Notes: generated from the sequence alone by a model not told the origin. A stretch of 64,000 nucleotides of DNA from Phallusia mammillata (GCA_965637545.1 OZ281501.1:7688001-7752000), one strand, 5' to 3'; positions 38,700-52,700 are shown, counted from the stretch's first letter. Numbers and translations: made by a program.

Positions 38700-38915
38700 A
38701 TTACGCCGAGGAGCTTAATTGTCAGCCAGAGGCTTCGGCGATCCCGCTAAGCGAAAAAGAAGCCTTGACTTATTGACAAACGTTAATCCAGCGCCGCTAT
38801 TCGCTTCGGGGTGTGTTTTAATTCGCGAGTACTGCCTTGCCCGGCCGAGATGGGCTTATGAGTCGTGTAGTTACCGTTAGTCGAAGTTACAATGGGCCTT
38901 CCCATCTATATGCAG
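38700..38915 (+). promoter_or_regulatory. Candidate RAR distal promoter (P1) / non-coding first exon
   Basis: GC-richer block ending in the strong donor GCAG/GTAAAT at 38916; next strong acceptor ttgtcattccatAG at 39880-39881 precedes the long RAR 5' coding exon. The 5' boundary is a guess. Confidence 0.4.
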
Positions 38916-39300
38916 GTAAATAATTAGGTAGCCAGTGATTGTCCTCACGATAGTTTAACATAAAACAGGTACAATCGCACCTACTGTGTCCAGAAATCGT
39001 GCTACTTGTGAATAGTTAAATTCAATGGAGGCATTATAGCCACGATTTATAATAGGTGACAACTGACCACTTTGGGTTATTGTTAGGTCTTTATTTTTTG
39101 ATGCATAATCCCACGGGGGGGCTGTTTTGCTAGTGTTGTTGTTGAACAGGTTTTTCAAAGCTTCCGCGTTTGCCCAAACCTGCGGTCGAACCTGCAGGAA
39201 GCCAGCTTTGCTTCGCCAAATGTACGTATTCTTAATGTAGCAACATCTGGGGCTAATAAAGTATGCGATATAGTGCTGTTTGCGTGGGCTATAGGAAGAG

Positions 39301-39317
39301 TGACTTTGAACTGACCT
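39301..39317 (-). promoter_or_regulatory. Near-consensus DR5 with an embedded third half-site
   Basis: TGACTT-tgaac-TGACCT (minus strand AGGTCA-N5-AAGTCA, 1 mismatch), with TGAACT at 39307-39312. Confidence 0.35.
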
Positions 39318-39922
39318 CTGTTCATTGAAACGTGTACGTGCAGTCGAAAGCGAAGCGCAACATGTCGTAAGATGAAAGTTTCGTGCAGTCATAGAAATTG
39401 CCTTTGAGTTTCATTTTTGACAGATTAGATTGTTTGCAGTTACAAGAAAAGTTTTTTGGTTAAACTACAAATCGATTGAGGTTTGATCTCTATAAGCATT
39501 TTTCTAAATAAACACCATGGTAAATATTTCTAAAGTCCTTCGTAATCGAGTAAACCATGGTTTAAACGCGAACAAAATGTTTTTTTTACAAAAATCGGTC
39601 CGTAAGTAAAGTTAGCCTCTACCGTTTTATGGAGGTATTCCACTGGACTCAAAACTGTTTTTCGCTTTAAAATGGTAACATGTTTTGTAACAACAAACAT
39701 AATTTTGTTGTAGTAATTGTATTACAGTAGTTTGTATGTTAACATTTACCATTGCCGGATGTACGAATACATTTAAATCAGTGGTCGATGAAAGGTTGTG
39801 TTGAGGTTTCAGCTGTTTTGTTGTGTACGTTTGGACAAAAACAAGTTAAACTGCATGTTAACTTGTGTTGTCATTCCATAGACAATAACTTGTTTTGTTT
39901 AAACTCTGCTAAACCGCCAGTC

Positions 39923-40742
39923 ATGGCTGCGAATTTCAACGAACTGGACAGTATCGACCTAGCGTCCCTGGCTATTGGTGGTTGTGGCGGTCTAAAACCA
40001 CAACCTACTACAGCAGGCTACAACCAGCGTTACAACGACAACATCAATGTGACTTATAACAATATAAACGACTGCGTGAGCCGCCCACCTAACTTGAACT
40101 CGTGTGCTGTGAGCGGTGCTGAACCTGTTAATGGCACCGTACCAACAACTGGACCTTACATGCCTCCGTCTGTTGCTGTCAAAAGTGAACCAAACGGTTT
40201 TCACCCAAACGTGCCCCCGAACCAAAACTCTTACCCCCAAGCAGCCCCACCTTCCCAGGGAGGTTTCCCTCCAAATGCTAACCAGCCCCGCAACGCAGCA
40301 TCTACTATGAAAGCGCTTGGTTTTCTGACCGAGCGTACGATCGAAAATTTCTTTAAAGACGGAAAGGGGGTTTCTCACGCCACCCCTTACCCACCTGTTT
40401 CGCGCAAATCGAGCTTAGGGGGACACGCACCCAAACTCGGCGAAACGCTGCCCCCCTTAAAGCGCTCACAGCCCTATTCAAATCCACGTGATATGTATAA
40501 TGCAAATTATCAAAACTATAACGGAGGCGCACTTCCAAATGGCCGTATGATGCAGCACCATCAGGCCTACGCCCACCATAGACGCCAAAATGGGTTACAA
40601 GCGGGTCCCTGGGTCCCAAATGATGGGGGTATGGGTATGGGACCCGGTTTGCCTCCTGTCAAAATGGAATGGAATGAGTTTAACGACCGTGGCATGCTTC
40701 GCCATGATGCTTATGCTCCTAACATGGGGTATTATCCTCATG
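39923..40742 (+). CDS. Large P/G/N/Q-rich coding exon, inferred RAR isoform-1 N-terminal extension (273 codons)
   Basis: Longest ORF in the window, higher GC, strong donor gtgagt; two psi-K-x-E motifs (VKSE, VKME). Confidence 0.85.
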
Positions 40743-43700
40743 GTGAGTTATACAGTTTCGGTGCAAGGTTGTTTATTTTAAAGGATAAATGTGACTTCCT
40801 CGGTTAAACCTAGTTTAGTTTAGGCTGGCGATTCATGTGGTTTTCTTGTACCAACTTGGACAGTGTTGTATATTGTATCAATTTTCATTTTACTAGTTTT
40901 TAAACTGAGCTTTCAGGTGTGCTTGTAACGTTTTTAAGTATTTAACCCTGTGGTATTTTGTTTTCAGATGGCAGCGATCGGCCGATAATTCGTGATGAAT
41001 CGTTTTCACCACCAGGTGGCGTGCACATGAACGGATTTCCAGGAGCTGAACGGATGAGAGGTAGGAGATGTTTTTTATTTGTTTTTTACAACATACACTG
41101 TGCCCATGGTTTCAAATTCCAACTCTTAAGGTTTACTGCGTTGTTCGTTAAAACGTCCAACTGTCAATTGTCAGGCTCAAAGCAAGCTTGTGCCGTTTGT
41201 CTGGTTCAAATTGCAACGATTAAGACAGTTTTAAACCAGCGGCAGTTTGGCATTGACAACTGTATAAAAGTGTATAAGCATGCTTTGGTCTGTTCACAAA
41301 TTGTAAAACTGATGCCTTAAGAACTTCATCAGAAATCGCAACTTAAATTCCAAGTTAAGATTACGTCAAGGCAGTGGGTTTTTCCACTGTATCGTCACAA
41401 TGTCGTCAGACAAATGCGACCACAGCCTGTTTGGTGATACAAGTAAACAACGGGCTTGTGCGGGAATGAGACAGCGCATTTGGTAGCAAGCAATTAATGT
41501 CTGAAAACCTATCACGTTTCGTGGTTCAGTCGAAGGCAAGCCGCTCACAAAAAGACGGAACACCTCAAATTTCCACTTGTCTTTGCCACTCTTTGTTTAT
41601 TATAGTATATACTGAAGAATTTCAAGCTTAGAAAACGCTGTGCTCAGATGAACAAATCTTAAACACAAATTTGGCCATCTACAGAGTTTTAACGAATAAC
41701 ACAGCTTTGCTGTTTGTAAACCGTGAGATATTTACACATATCGGGATATTTGTTGGATTTAAGATTTTTCAACTTTTGTTAATGCACCTTTGTAGCACTA
41801 AACAGCACCGCTTAAAAATTACCCACAAAATAATGTTGTTTATTCATTTCAAAAAAGTTGCTATTACACCATTGACAGAAACTCGCCATTTCTAAACTAT
41901 TTTTTAAGTTTTTAATCTTAGTAGGAAAATGACACCAGCAGTTTGCGAAAACGAGATGCGAAACTACCGTATTTTCCCTTATAAGACCAGTGAAAGTGCT
42001 CTTATAGAAAAGTTTCGGTTATCGTACAGTTTACTTTGTGGTCATTGTCTTGACATGCGGATACAAAACCAAAAGCACAATGTTTTGTTCCGAAACTATA
42101 CCTGCTACGTCTTTGTGATTTAAGTTTCACACGAAATATGAGGATCCGGTTTTGTTGTTGTTGGACCAACAGCTTTTTACAGCAAAGACAATTCATTCCT
42201 GAAAACCTTTTGCGTGATTTTTAAAAATACGTGCTTTCTTCACGTTTTAAAGGTTTTAAAGGGATATTTCAGTTTGTAAGATTACAAAATATACATTAGC
42301 AAGTTATATTTTTACAACCCGTTCAATTTTAGACAATTCCAACTTTTTTCAGCTGCTGTTGATCTAATAAAATGAACTTTAATTGAAAACCTTGATCTGA
42401 AAACAGTTAAAAACATAGAAACATTTTCACTAACTTTGAAAGTTTTGTTTTTCCAACGGTTCCTTTATATATTATTCGGGACTTTGTAAGCTTGGTTTAA
42501 ATGATTCTTAGTTGTTAGAGTAACGGATTTGCTTCAAAAACTGCCCCCAAAGACATGTAAAAAAGACTCAAGGAAAATGCAAGAGTACAAAAGCGCAAAT
42601 ATATCAGAACAAACATGAACAACAAATCTTTGATCTTAATTAAAAAATTACAGTCCGGAAATACGAAGCGGCCACGAAACTTTTCTTATTAAATTATAAA
42701 CATGGCCGTCGTGTCAAGTTGTCCCAAATTCAATTTAAATGTGGCGTGAAGTCATAAAACGTGATTGAAGACTAGACTGGGCGTAACTAACATGTCCAAC
42801 AACCCAGCAACTATTTGAACATGGCAACGTCGACAGATTTTAAAAATTAAACCAAAGTCGACTGTTCTTTTCTATTTTAGGTGCTGGTTTACTGTTCTTA
42901 AAACAACAACATCTGTTTTATCAGTAGCAGATTCGATCTACACATACATATTCAAATACGAACTGTTGCCTTATGCGCTATCTTGTTTATCATTACATCA
43001 TCGCATTACAGCGCTTGCCTCACTTCGTCAAGGATAAAGAGTAAACAATTCCAAAATAACCACTGTCAGCCCCCGCAAGTAGCAGTACAACAACAAAAAC
43101 GCGACACTTTTTAGCACGAAAGTCTTCTGTAAATATTTTGTCCATCTTCAGTTTATTGATGTTTTCTACGCCTCCATGGCTTGTTGCTGTCGTTCGACGT
43201 TAAGCTCCGGAAATTGTCTCTCGTGCATTCGCTCCCTATAATCCGGATGCATTTTCTCCTTCAAGTTTATTTACGCGTTCCGATTTTGCTTGGCCTGAAA
43301 TCTTGTGCTTGGTCTTATTGTAAACAAGTAGGGGTATAACATTTCTTGTCTTTCGCGTGTATTGGGAATATCTGATGAAACCTTTCCCAAGGTTGTCTGT
43401 TTTGTAATTTCGTCACAGGGTGTTCGCAACCAACTCAATTAACTAGTTTTACGCTAATTATTGCGTTAAGATACGTGTTTTAGTTAGTTGATTGTGTTTC
43501 ACAAGACATCTCAGCACGTTTAGTTTATCATTAAATGGATAGATTGACATGTTTGTCTTTGTAAGAAATCAGAATTTGTTTAAATTCAACATTTTGTTTT
43601 AATTAGTTATGGTGGTTTTGAAAACCTTGCTTTTTCCACATATTTTCTGTGAATTTTTACAAATCTTTAGTTAAACTATATTCACTTTTCCTCTACGCGG

Positions 43701-46700
43701 GCCTGACCCCCAATTTCGATAAAGAAAGAGTGGCTCAAATTTATTTAAAGCTACACAAGTAACATATATGTATTTGTCATAGTATGTTGCATTGTGATTC
43801 ACAGGTCCCCAAAATGTGAATTTTACAACAACTTAGTATTTACCAAAGTTCAAGACCTGGAAGTCTCAAGTTTGGTAGTTAATGCATTTCAAACGATTTA
43901 ATTCTTAAGCAATTTACCCACACCTAATCGTTCAAACTCAATCCACTTTAATCTTGCGAAGTCGTGCATCTAAGGTGTGTAGTGGTATACCATGTTGGTC
44001 AGAGCCGATTGTGGTCGCTTGACTTTTTGATCAAGCTTCACTATAAACAAGTACCATGCCGCGTTGTCTGTTGCGTTGGAACAGCATTAAAGAAGTTATA
44101 CAGTGCTGAAGTCATTAACATATAACGCACTCGTTATTTTGTACAGCGGGATTCTCGTTTTGGAATAGATATACGTTGTTTTCCTTCTCTTTACATTTGT
44201 AAGCTTTACAGCTATATTTGTGGTCTATATGGAGATATAAATTTTATTTTGTTAATACTGTACAGGCTAATCACTTAAAACCTGTTTTAATCCATTAAGA
44301 TACTGAGAATCGAGAGTGTTTTCCAAGTAACAGTATCAGTCAATGAATTTACATGGAATATATACATTTCGTCTAACTGGCATATTCAGTTTCCACAAAA
44401 CCACAAGATAAAACATAATAAAACCACATTGTTTCCAATGAAATTAATGCAATGAAACATTTATAATAGTCGTATGGGGCCAGCAATGTGATACATTTGT
44501 CGAATCGAAATTTAAAGCTATTTATTTGCGCTTTCGTAACCTTAACAACGTAAGCCTTTATTCTAAGAAACACACGCAATTCGCTTGCTTCATGAAAGCC
44601 AGTTATTCAGTAATAATTGCAGACCCATCTCACCCATACCAAACCTAGTTCAGCAAATACAAGTTCCAATTAACGATACCAAGGTGCTGATTATTGTCAC
44701 AAGCCAACGGTTAGTTTAATTTTTTCGGATATGTTTTCTCCTGTGCCGGTGGTTAGCTGCTAATTTACCAATTCTTTGATGCTTTTTTGCTCAAAGTTAC
44801 AATGTTTTGCAACAGGAAACATGACCCGTGGGCTTGAGAAGGTTGTTACAAAAAAGACTGAACAATCGCTTGTAAGAATTTGGGTAATGTTATGTGTATA
44901 TTTTTTACATTAACATCAACATTAAAAGGTACGTCTGTTCGTGTGTATGTACAAGTTCATTGTGTACACTAAGGACCACTGTGACCAACGTTGGGTATGT
45001 ACGCAGTAGCCACACACCAATTAAAGCGCAGCATATATTTCATGTGCTCTAAGAAAGAGAATTGGCCTTTCTTTTCCTTTGAGACGTTAAAGTCAAAAAT
45101 TGTAATGTTTGGTATATATATTTCTTAAATTTAAAACCAACAGTTTCTTATCTAACTTAGTAATTTTTACAAATCTCTATTTCGAAATGTTAGAAATTTC
45201 CACATTACAGCAGGCTAAAGGTTACATAAGCGTGGCGCTTATCGTGTTGCGCGTGGCGTATGTCGAAATATCACCGAGGGTAATGAAAACATTTGCAGAT
45301 TCGATTGTAAGATAACAGTTCCCATGTACCACAAAATGATCGTACTTGGACAGATCAAAATTCTCCTTTAGCAGCGAGTGAGATTGTTTGAGTGCATTGT
45401 TTTTATTTCCGTTCTGTAATCCCCTCGGATTTCCGATTTGTAGGTAAATGGCGTGTTGTCTTAACCGGTCGCCATTGACCGAGAGGGGCATTTAATGTTA
45501 TGTAACAAAGACAAGACATGCTTTATATAACCAAAGTAAAACACTGGGAAACAATTAAAAGCCTTAAAAGAACTTTTTTCGTCATGATTTACTAAAAGAC
45601 CCATCGTATACAATGCACACACAATCAAAAACATCCCTTTGACTATATATTTACCATGTTTTCGATAGAATAAATATCTCTTAACAACTAATCACCCAAA
45701 GGGTCACAGATTAAGTAGCCACAATTTACTGGTACGATATCGTCAATAGGCATCATATGGCTCTTTCCTACGTGGTATTGGCTGCAGCCGCAAGCCAACT
45801 GATGGTATCTCTTCAGATCGTTACAGTTTTGCGGCTTAGAAGAGGCACAGAGATAAGTGCGAATATCGTTTTTTACTCAATGGTAGTGGCACTTCATGCC
45901 TAGTGTTGGTAGTATGCCCTGCTTTTCTTTTTCACAAACCCCTTATTTTGTGAAATATATCATGAAAATACGATATGCTTTATTATTTAACGTTTCGACA
46001 AATGCTCATGTCATCATCAGTGATGAGGGGTTACACCAGTTTTTAAACGCTTGAGTCACATAACTTCTATTTGGGCCGTTATTTTTATCATTAAACTTAT
46101 GAAAAGATTTATGTATAGTGTTCCAAAATATATTGGAAGTGATTTGGTGGTCACAAGAAATTGGTTTTCTAGGTTGAAGTAAAGTGTTGCACATTTTGTT
46201 TTGTCCTTTGTTTAATTTTTTCGCTGTTCATTTAAAATAGTTGCCTTGGGCATTAAAAGTATGTTGCAGGCGTTTACGCGGCCTGACAACGCAAATTTGC
46301 TTCGTCGCAGGGCGTAATCCAAATGTTTACACAAACGCGCAAACACAAACAAACTCTGAGCGCCTCCGCACCCTGCCACCCTGTGGCGCTAGAGTGCCCT
46401 CATACAAGCTACAACCGGGTTCAGCGCAAGGTCAGCACCGGCTTGGGGGTTCATCTGGAGGTCACGCCGCGCGTCGAGGCGACCGGTTCCGCATGGTTGC
46501 GCGTGGCTGGAGGCGCTGGTATCTTCTTTGCACTGATTTTATGGTTGCGAGTTTTGCGGTCACACCGGGAATTCATGACCGTATTCGACTATGAGCTTCG
46601 CTTCTAAGGTTCCGCTACGTATGAATGGAATACTAGCACGGGCAATTGGCTTTGCTAAACTTGAATTGGAACTGCGCTGTTGGTTTGTTTCATACGTGGC

Positions 46701-49700
46701 AAACCAAGTGTCATTTCATTACATAGTCAAATATACATTTTCCGAACATTTTTGTTGTAAATTTTCACCTCACAAAAGGATTGTTACCATTTGTTGCAAG
46801 CCATGGCGCTTAAACGGACAGTTTTATGCCGAAAGGATGCATTGAGAGTTATTACGGCCTAATTAGTCACATTTGATACCTAGGCGTCAATGCTCTTCAA
46901 CTCACAACACATCACTGCTTATGTTAGATATTCCTAGGAAAAGGGCAGCTTGCTTGACGTCGGCTGGGTTAAGCCGCTTATTAGCTTAAGACAGCCAATC
47001 GCTCTATCACGACGAGGAAACAAGGTGTACCGTGCGAACGTGAAAACCGGTACCTTTCTCCGTCCCAGCCCAAATCCAGGCACTGATTATTTTACAAACA
47101 CTGTCGCATGTCGCTTGTCTCGTTTAAGTCGTGGGAAAATCAACTTTCGACTTGTGCGATGACTTCTTTGGTGGTTTCGGGAGTGACAACGTGTCCTTGT
47201 TTCTTGGAGATTGTGTTGTAAGGAATCAAAACTCTTACAGTGCTATTGTGATAGCGGTTGTTGATAGTATTCACTATGGCGGTTGGGTGTTTGACCAAGC
47301 TAAGTCCATGGTGTTTTTCATTAGTAATGGTATAGCTACAATACTTAAATTTTTTGCTAGAAAGATTTGTACAAGCCTCTATACAACGTATTAAACCAAA
47401 GTGAATTCCAGTTGCTTATGACAAGCACTTACAAAAACTATCTTTGTCTGTGGTGTGGCTTTCACAATTCTCTACCATCAAACCTGTTTACGAAGCTGGT
47501 GCAGACGAGATCGTGATGGTATGACCGCCGCAAGCTGCTTAACTTGAGCTGCGATTCTTGCCGACTTCATATATCACTTTTAATTAATATCGTACGCTTG
47601 AGGCAATACTACGCAGAATGTTTGATTTCGTTATGCAAAATGCGGTCTATATAAACCGCTTTAGCCGCTTTGAATTCTTTGTACCAACCTCTAGGCGTAA
47701 AACCACCAATAAACATGACTGTTTTGTAAACATAATATCACCATAATATCTTAAGCCCTTAAAATATCTTTCAACGTGGGTATTTCGTCATATCTTAACT
47801 GCATAAAGATCAAACTAATGTCATTTTGGGGTTTTAGGTTCGTTTAGGTTTGAACCTAAGCCCAGTTTTTTTCATTTTCCTTCCTAAAGTTTTGGCTGGC
47901 GCCAATTTCATTAGTGTATCATAACTTTCGCTATAGCGATACTTCAGCATACGTTAAGGATTTCCTATTGGCTGAAAACATCGGTGTGCAACAGGCAAGG
48001 GTCCAACTTGCCTTTATTGAGCTGTAATGGGTTTTGTGATTTCTTGCCATTTCGCAATCATCTTACACAATTCAACTATCCACTTGGGATGCCAAATAGA
48101 ACACAGAATTATAAGTACATGTCCAAGAGCTAGTGTTGAATGTTGCACACTTAAAACATGCTTACGTGCATGTTGCATACTGTGCAATCAAAATATAGAA
48201 AGCAAAACTCATGCCAGGTTTTGTGTGACGTTGTATGGGAAACATGGGTTGGTCTATAATTATTCCAAGTTTTCACAAGCAACCTCTGCAATTACAACTC
48301 CCGGTTTGGTAAGACAATTTCACTGGCTTGCTTTGCTATACCTAAACTTGTTATTCGCTGTCTTTGTAATAACCCTCTTTGTTTTACTCTGGTTAGCCGA
48401 TCTTAAATCCATTGCCCATTATTATATCCGCAAGTGGGCGCTATTGTCACTGTGGTTGCTTTATGTCGTGCCTGTGCAGGACGGACAGTTGCAAAGATTG
48501 ATTTAATTGTATATTTTCTTAACTTTCTTCTCTAAAATCTTTGATGGAATTTAAAGATAAAAATATACCCCAAATATATTTTAGGTTCATATATGAAAAA
48601 TCCCCAACCATATTAAATTTTACTCTGATGGGTTTCCCCCGGTCGTTTAACACATCTTTTGGTTAGCAACTAAGCACGTCGTATAATCGTTTTTGCCAGG
48701 GTAGAATTTGTAGCACAAAAAAGTTTGTAAAATTTCGTATTGCTTTTGGCGGCATGGTTTCATCTAATGTCATACGTTATTGGCAAGCACACTAAAGTCT
48801 AAATACAGACTTCTAGTGTGTAAGTTACGCACATCAGAACATGTTGGCATCAAACTCAACAAACATCCTACAAAATTACGGCGAAAAGCGCAGAGGATGA
48901 TGTTTTGACGAGTTTATCGTGTCGTTACTCAGTTAAGTTAAAACAACACACGTAGCGGTATGTTCATGACGATTCGACCTGCCCTGTGCTGACTGGTAGT
49001 GATATTTCTATCGGAAATGAGTCAATCGCATCCGAACCTAACTGTAATTGACGTGCACTAAACTGATGGATACCTCGCACCTGTCACTTGTACACTTATT
49101 TGGTCTGTGTGACAACTGATTAGTTGTAGGTGTGAGGCGCTACCCCAGTGTTTGTAGAGAGGTTGTAATTGGACCAGACGTAGGATTTTTTACGCATTTT
49201 ATTGATTGACTGCTTTTGTAATTGCTGTGCCCCTTCCGCAAAGATTGCGATTGTTATTCGTTTAACGCTGATTTATTTTTAAAAAAATGCAGTAGCGGTC
49301 GATAATTAACTGAGGTATACTACATCGTTTGACCCTAATTGATCTTTCGGGTAACCTTTAAGCCCTTGGACATAAAAATCGAATTTATTCACATTTTGGG
49401 CAACCAATAAACGTCCCCATTGTCTTTTGGTACAGTTTCACAAAAGAGCTTAATATCAAACAATGCACAAATTACATAACACACAAATATTTTGTTAGAA
49501 CCAAACACGGCGTTGCGGTGACATAACAGTTAAGGGTTACGACTTTATGTACGTCATTGCAACTATCATTTATTACTGTGCATCATTAGTCTATTGTGAC
49601 AATTGCTACCGTTGAAATGACTCATTTAGACGTGATCTCATCGCGCTGTGATCGGTTACTATTCACGAATTCAAACGTTACCAATGGGTGTACGAGATCA

Positions 49701-52700
49701 CATTGCTGTAACATAATCCCTCTCCTTGAATGCTGGGCCTTAGTTCTACAACCTCTGTCATTGTTTTGTCATTAATGGAAAACAGACAAGGGCACATTGG
49801 GTAGTCTGTTTTATTTCACCAGCCCTCTTGGTGAGACTATCAAGCTTTAATACGTGATGTGTCATAATGATTAATTATACATGCCAAATGACGAGGGAAA
49901 TTTATGTAATATACTCTGTTTGCGTAATGTATTCAATTTTGATCGTTTGTAAATGTTTTCTTTTTTTTGAAAGGTTAGAATTTACATCATTTTATGGCGC
50001 AGTTTATTTTTACCTCAATTAACTTTTATACCCAATACCTAACAAGCCGAAGGGTGGGCAAAGAGTCATCTGACTCTTTTTTAAAAGAATTTCTGTCTGT
50101 ATAATAATTACAAACACCATAAATAGAAAAAAAAGGTTTTAAGTGGCTTTGTACAGTCATGCTCTAAAACAAGAAAATTATAATCAAACCACTTAATCAA
50201 TAAGTTATTTAGTCCTTCCTTATGCCCATTTTAAGCAACTTAACATTAAACTGCCGTGAGAGCTATTACGATTTCCATGTAACTTGGCATTGAAACTTAG
50301 CAGAGATCTAACCCCGAGCCATCGATATTCCCGCAGCTGTGCTAGTGGTTGCCAGTATGGGTTGTCTAATATGCTAGATTAGTCTCAAGCAATTACATTA
50401 CAAGGGCGATGACAGACTTTTAAAGCAGCAGCTCTGTGAGATTATTCTTAAGTTGATTCGACCTAACGATTCGTCCCTGTGATAACATTACTGAGGTGTT
50501 GAAAAGGTAATTGGTATTTATTTTCTGTCAATCAAGTACCGTTGGTTTTGCGCAATTGACTTGCTTCCCAGGGGGTTGTGGTTGAAATCTAAGCATCCTA
50601 TACAAGTTTTGTTTGGTAATACAAGCAAACGTAAGAAGAACAAAAAAACTGTTTTATTTTTGCCTTTGTTCTGTTTCAGTGCAAAACATATTAACACGCA
50701 GTTGTTCAATGTTTTTTACTACACTATGTTTTTTGCCAAGTAATGCCAAATTTTGGTGGTTGATAAACCGTTCCCACGATCGTGTAGGCCTTTGTGACGT
50801 CACATAGCATCTCTGGTTTTGCATCTTGAGCAAAGTGACGTGATACTCGATTCGCTTCAACCTGAAAAAAAAACATTTTTGATAAAACACAGCTTTTGCG
50901 TATAGTATTTACTACATAGTTGCACGAAAGTATTGTAGCATGGTATGACTTGACCGTGCAATTTGCAAGTGAACTCAAAGGCATTGGTATTTACCGAGAT
51001 ATTAAAATCAATTATATATTTGCTCTTTCCACAAAGACCGCTCGTATCTACGTATATACTGGTTTATTTCTTAAGTTCGACCTTTAAGATGTTGAACTCG
51101 TCTTAGGTCTTAAGCTTCTGCGGCTGTATGCCCTTGGGAAGATTTGCGCAATTGATATAATTGTTGGCTCAGTCTGATACACAGTCGCCGTGTTATTTGT
51201 AATTATGAGCTGAATGTCGAGTATTTTAAGTAGCACAATTCAACTGGTTGCATGTACAGTCTTTTGATTTGTACTTCATTACGAAACATGTTGTTTTGAC
51301 CTAAGGTTTGGTTGCATCAATGTAACACCGTATTCTAGGGTAATAGCTTTACCATAATTGTTTCCACACAATCTAAGCTAAACAAGACCACGAAAAAATA
51401 GTATAGCTTTGTAATTATGTCAAATTGAACCTGTAGCCTGTACATTGTAACAAATACCCGTTCGGACACTAGGTATCAATTTCCTAAGTCAAAACAATGG
51501 AAATCCAAACAGCCTTAGGCAACGTACTGTTTGTAATAGTTTGCTTTTCCACCCCAAGGGGACGAAAACCCGCCGTTCGTAATCGATTTGAGATTTTCCT
51601 TGATAGAGTGGGCGCCAACCGCTAAGTCTTAATCTGTCTTCTCTATTGTTTTGAACGTAATTCGCTTACACCTTGACGCTGGTATGACCTCATGATCGAC
51701 ACCGGTTCAATGTTGTTACCGTTAATGATGACAGAACATTAAATGGAAAGAATATGCAACAATCTTTTATGACATGTTGTTTTGTGGGGAATTGTAACAT
51801 ACGGTAAAATCTGCGTTATGTATTCGACCAAAAGGTTGAAAAAAATGCATGATATACTCATACGCATGTAAGCTTCCATATCAAGAACATTTTAATGCAG
51901 TTTTTACAATATATAGTCGTGGGTAGATGTGTTGAGGACTTATAGTAAAATATCAGGTTTATTCTGGTAAACGACCAATTTGAAATTCACAATCCTGATG
52001 GTCCCTTTAAATATATGTTCTATGGTAGCAGCCCCCAAAAATGCGGTTTGGCCGAGTTTGCTAGCTGTACTGTTTACTGCTTGTGAACAGATACCTTGTA
52101 GTAGTCACAGGCAGAGCATAATCCTGTTCTTGACATAGTTTCGTATCCGTACCCTTAGCATTGTATTCTGCACTAACGTTTACATTTAGACGAGGTTCAA
52201 TAGCACGCAGCGCATTGAGTAAGCACTTGAACAGGCATATGAAACTACTTGGCCTAGTTCCAATGCCGTGTTAAAAACAACAATCCCATTTGTAAATACA
52301 TTCCTTAAAACGAGATAGGAAAACAATTTTGGTTCAAATTTTTGGGATAATACTGAACAGGTTATTTTTTCCCATAGGTCCAAGTTTCAAACATGTAGGA
52401 TGTAATTTCGAAATATACGTGATGTTAACTTGGCATTTTATTGTTCAATGCAATTATTGGCTTCAATGTTATGTTGCTGGGGTCGGCCAGGCAACGACGT
52501 ATTACGAAACAAATTGTATTAAAATTTATTTACGGTAAATATGACTTCCGCCAATTATTATTCACCCGATGTCACATGTAATTAAATTACTTTTGTTTAC
52601 TGTAACGTGGATCCATTTTTTTTTGTTTTTGGTAGTTTATGTAACTCAGTCATATACGGCACAATTGTAGCGGTATCTTGTGGATGTTTTTTTTTGCGAG

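Noticed and set aside
14748-39882. The orphan gene's last internal exon (phase 1) could splice in frame into the RAR exon at 39882, making a giant fusion
   Set aside because: Phase compatibility alone is weak evidence (1 in 3), and closer terminal exons with good acceptors exist; only junction reads could revive it.
39992-40619. Minus-strand and alternate-frame ORFs over the large RAR exon
   Set aside because: Shadows of a GC-rich coding exon.
48027-48506. 159-aa ATG ORF, Cys-rich then hydrophobic, inside the RAR intron
   Set aside because: No recognisable family, intron-like base composition, no supporting splice chain; several ORFs of 135-160 aa occur in clearly non-coding parts of this window.
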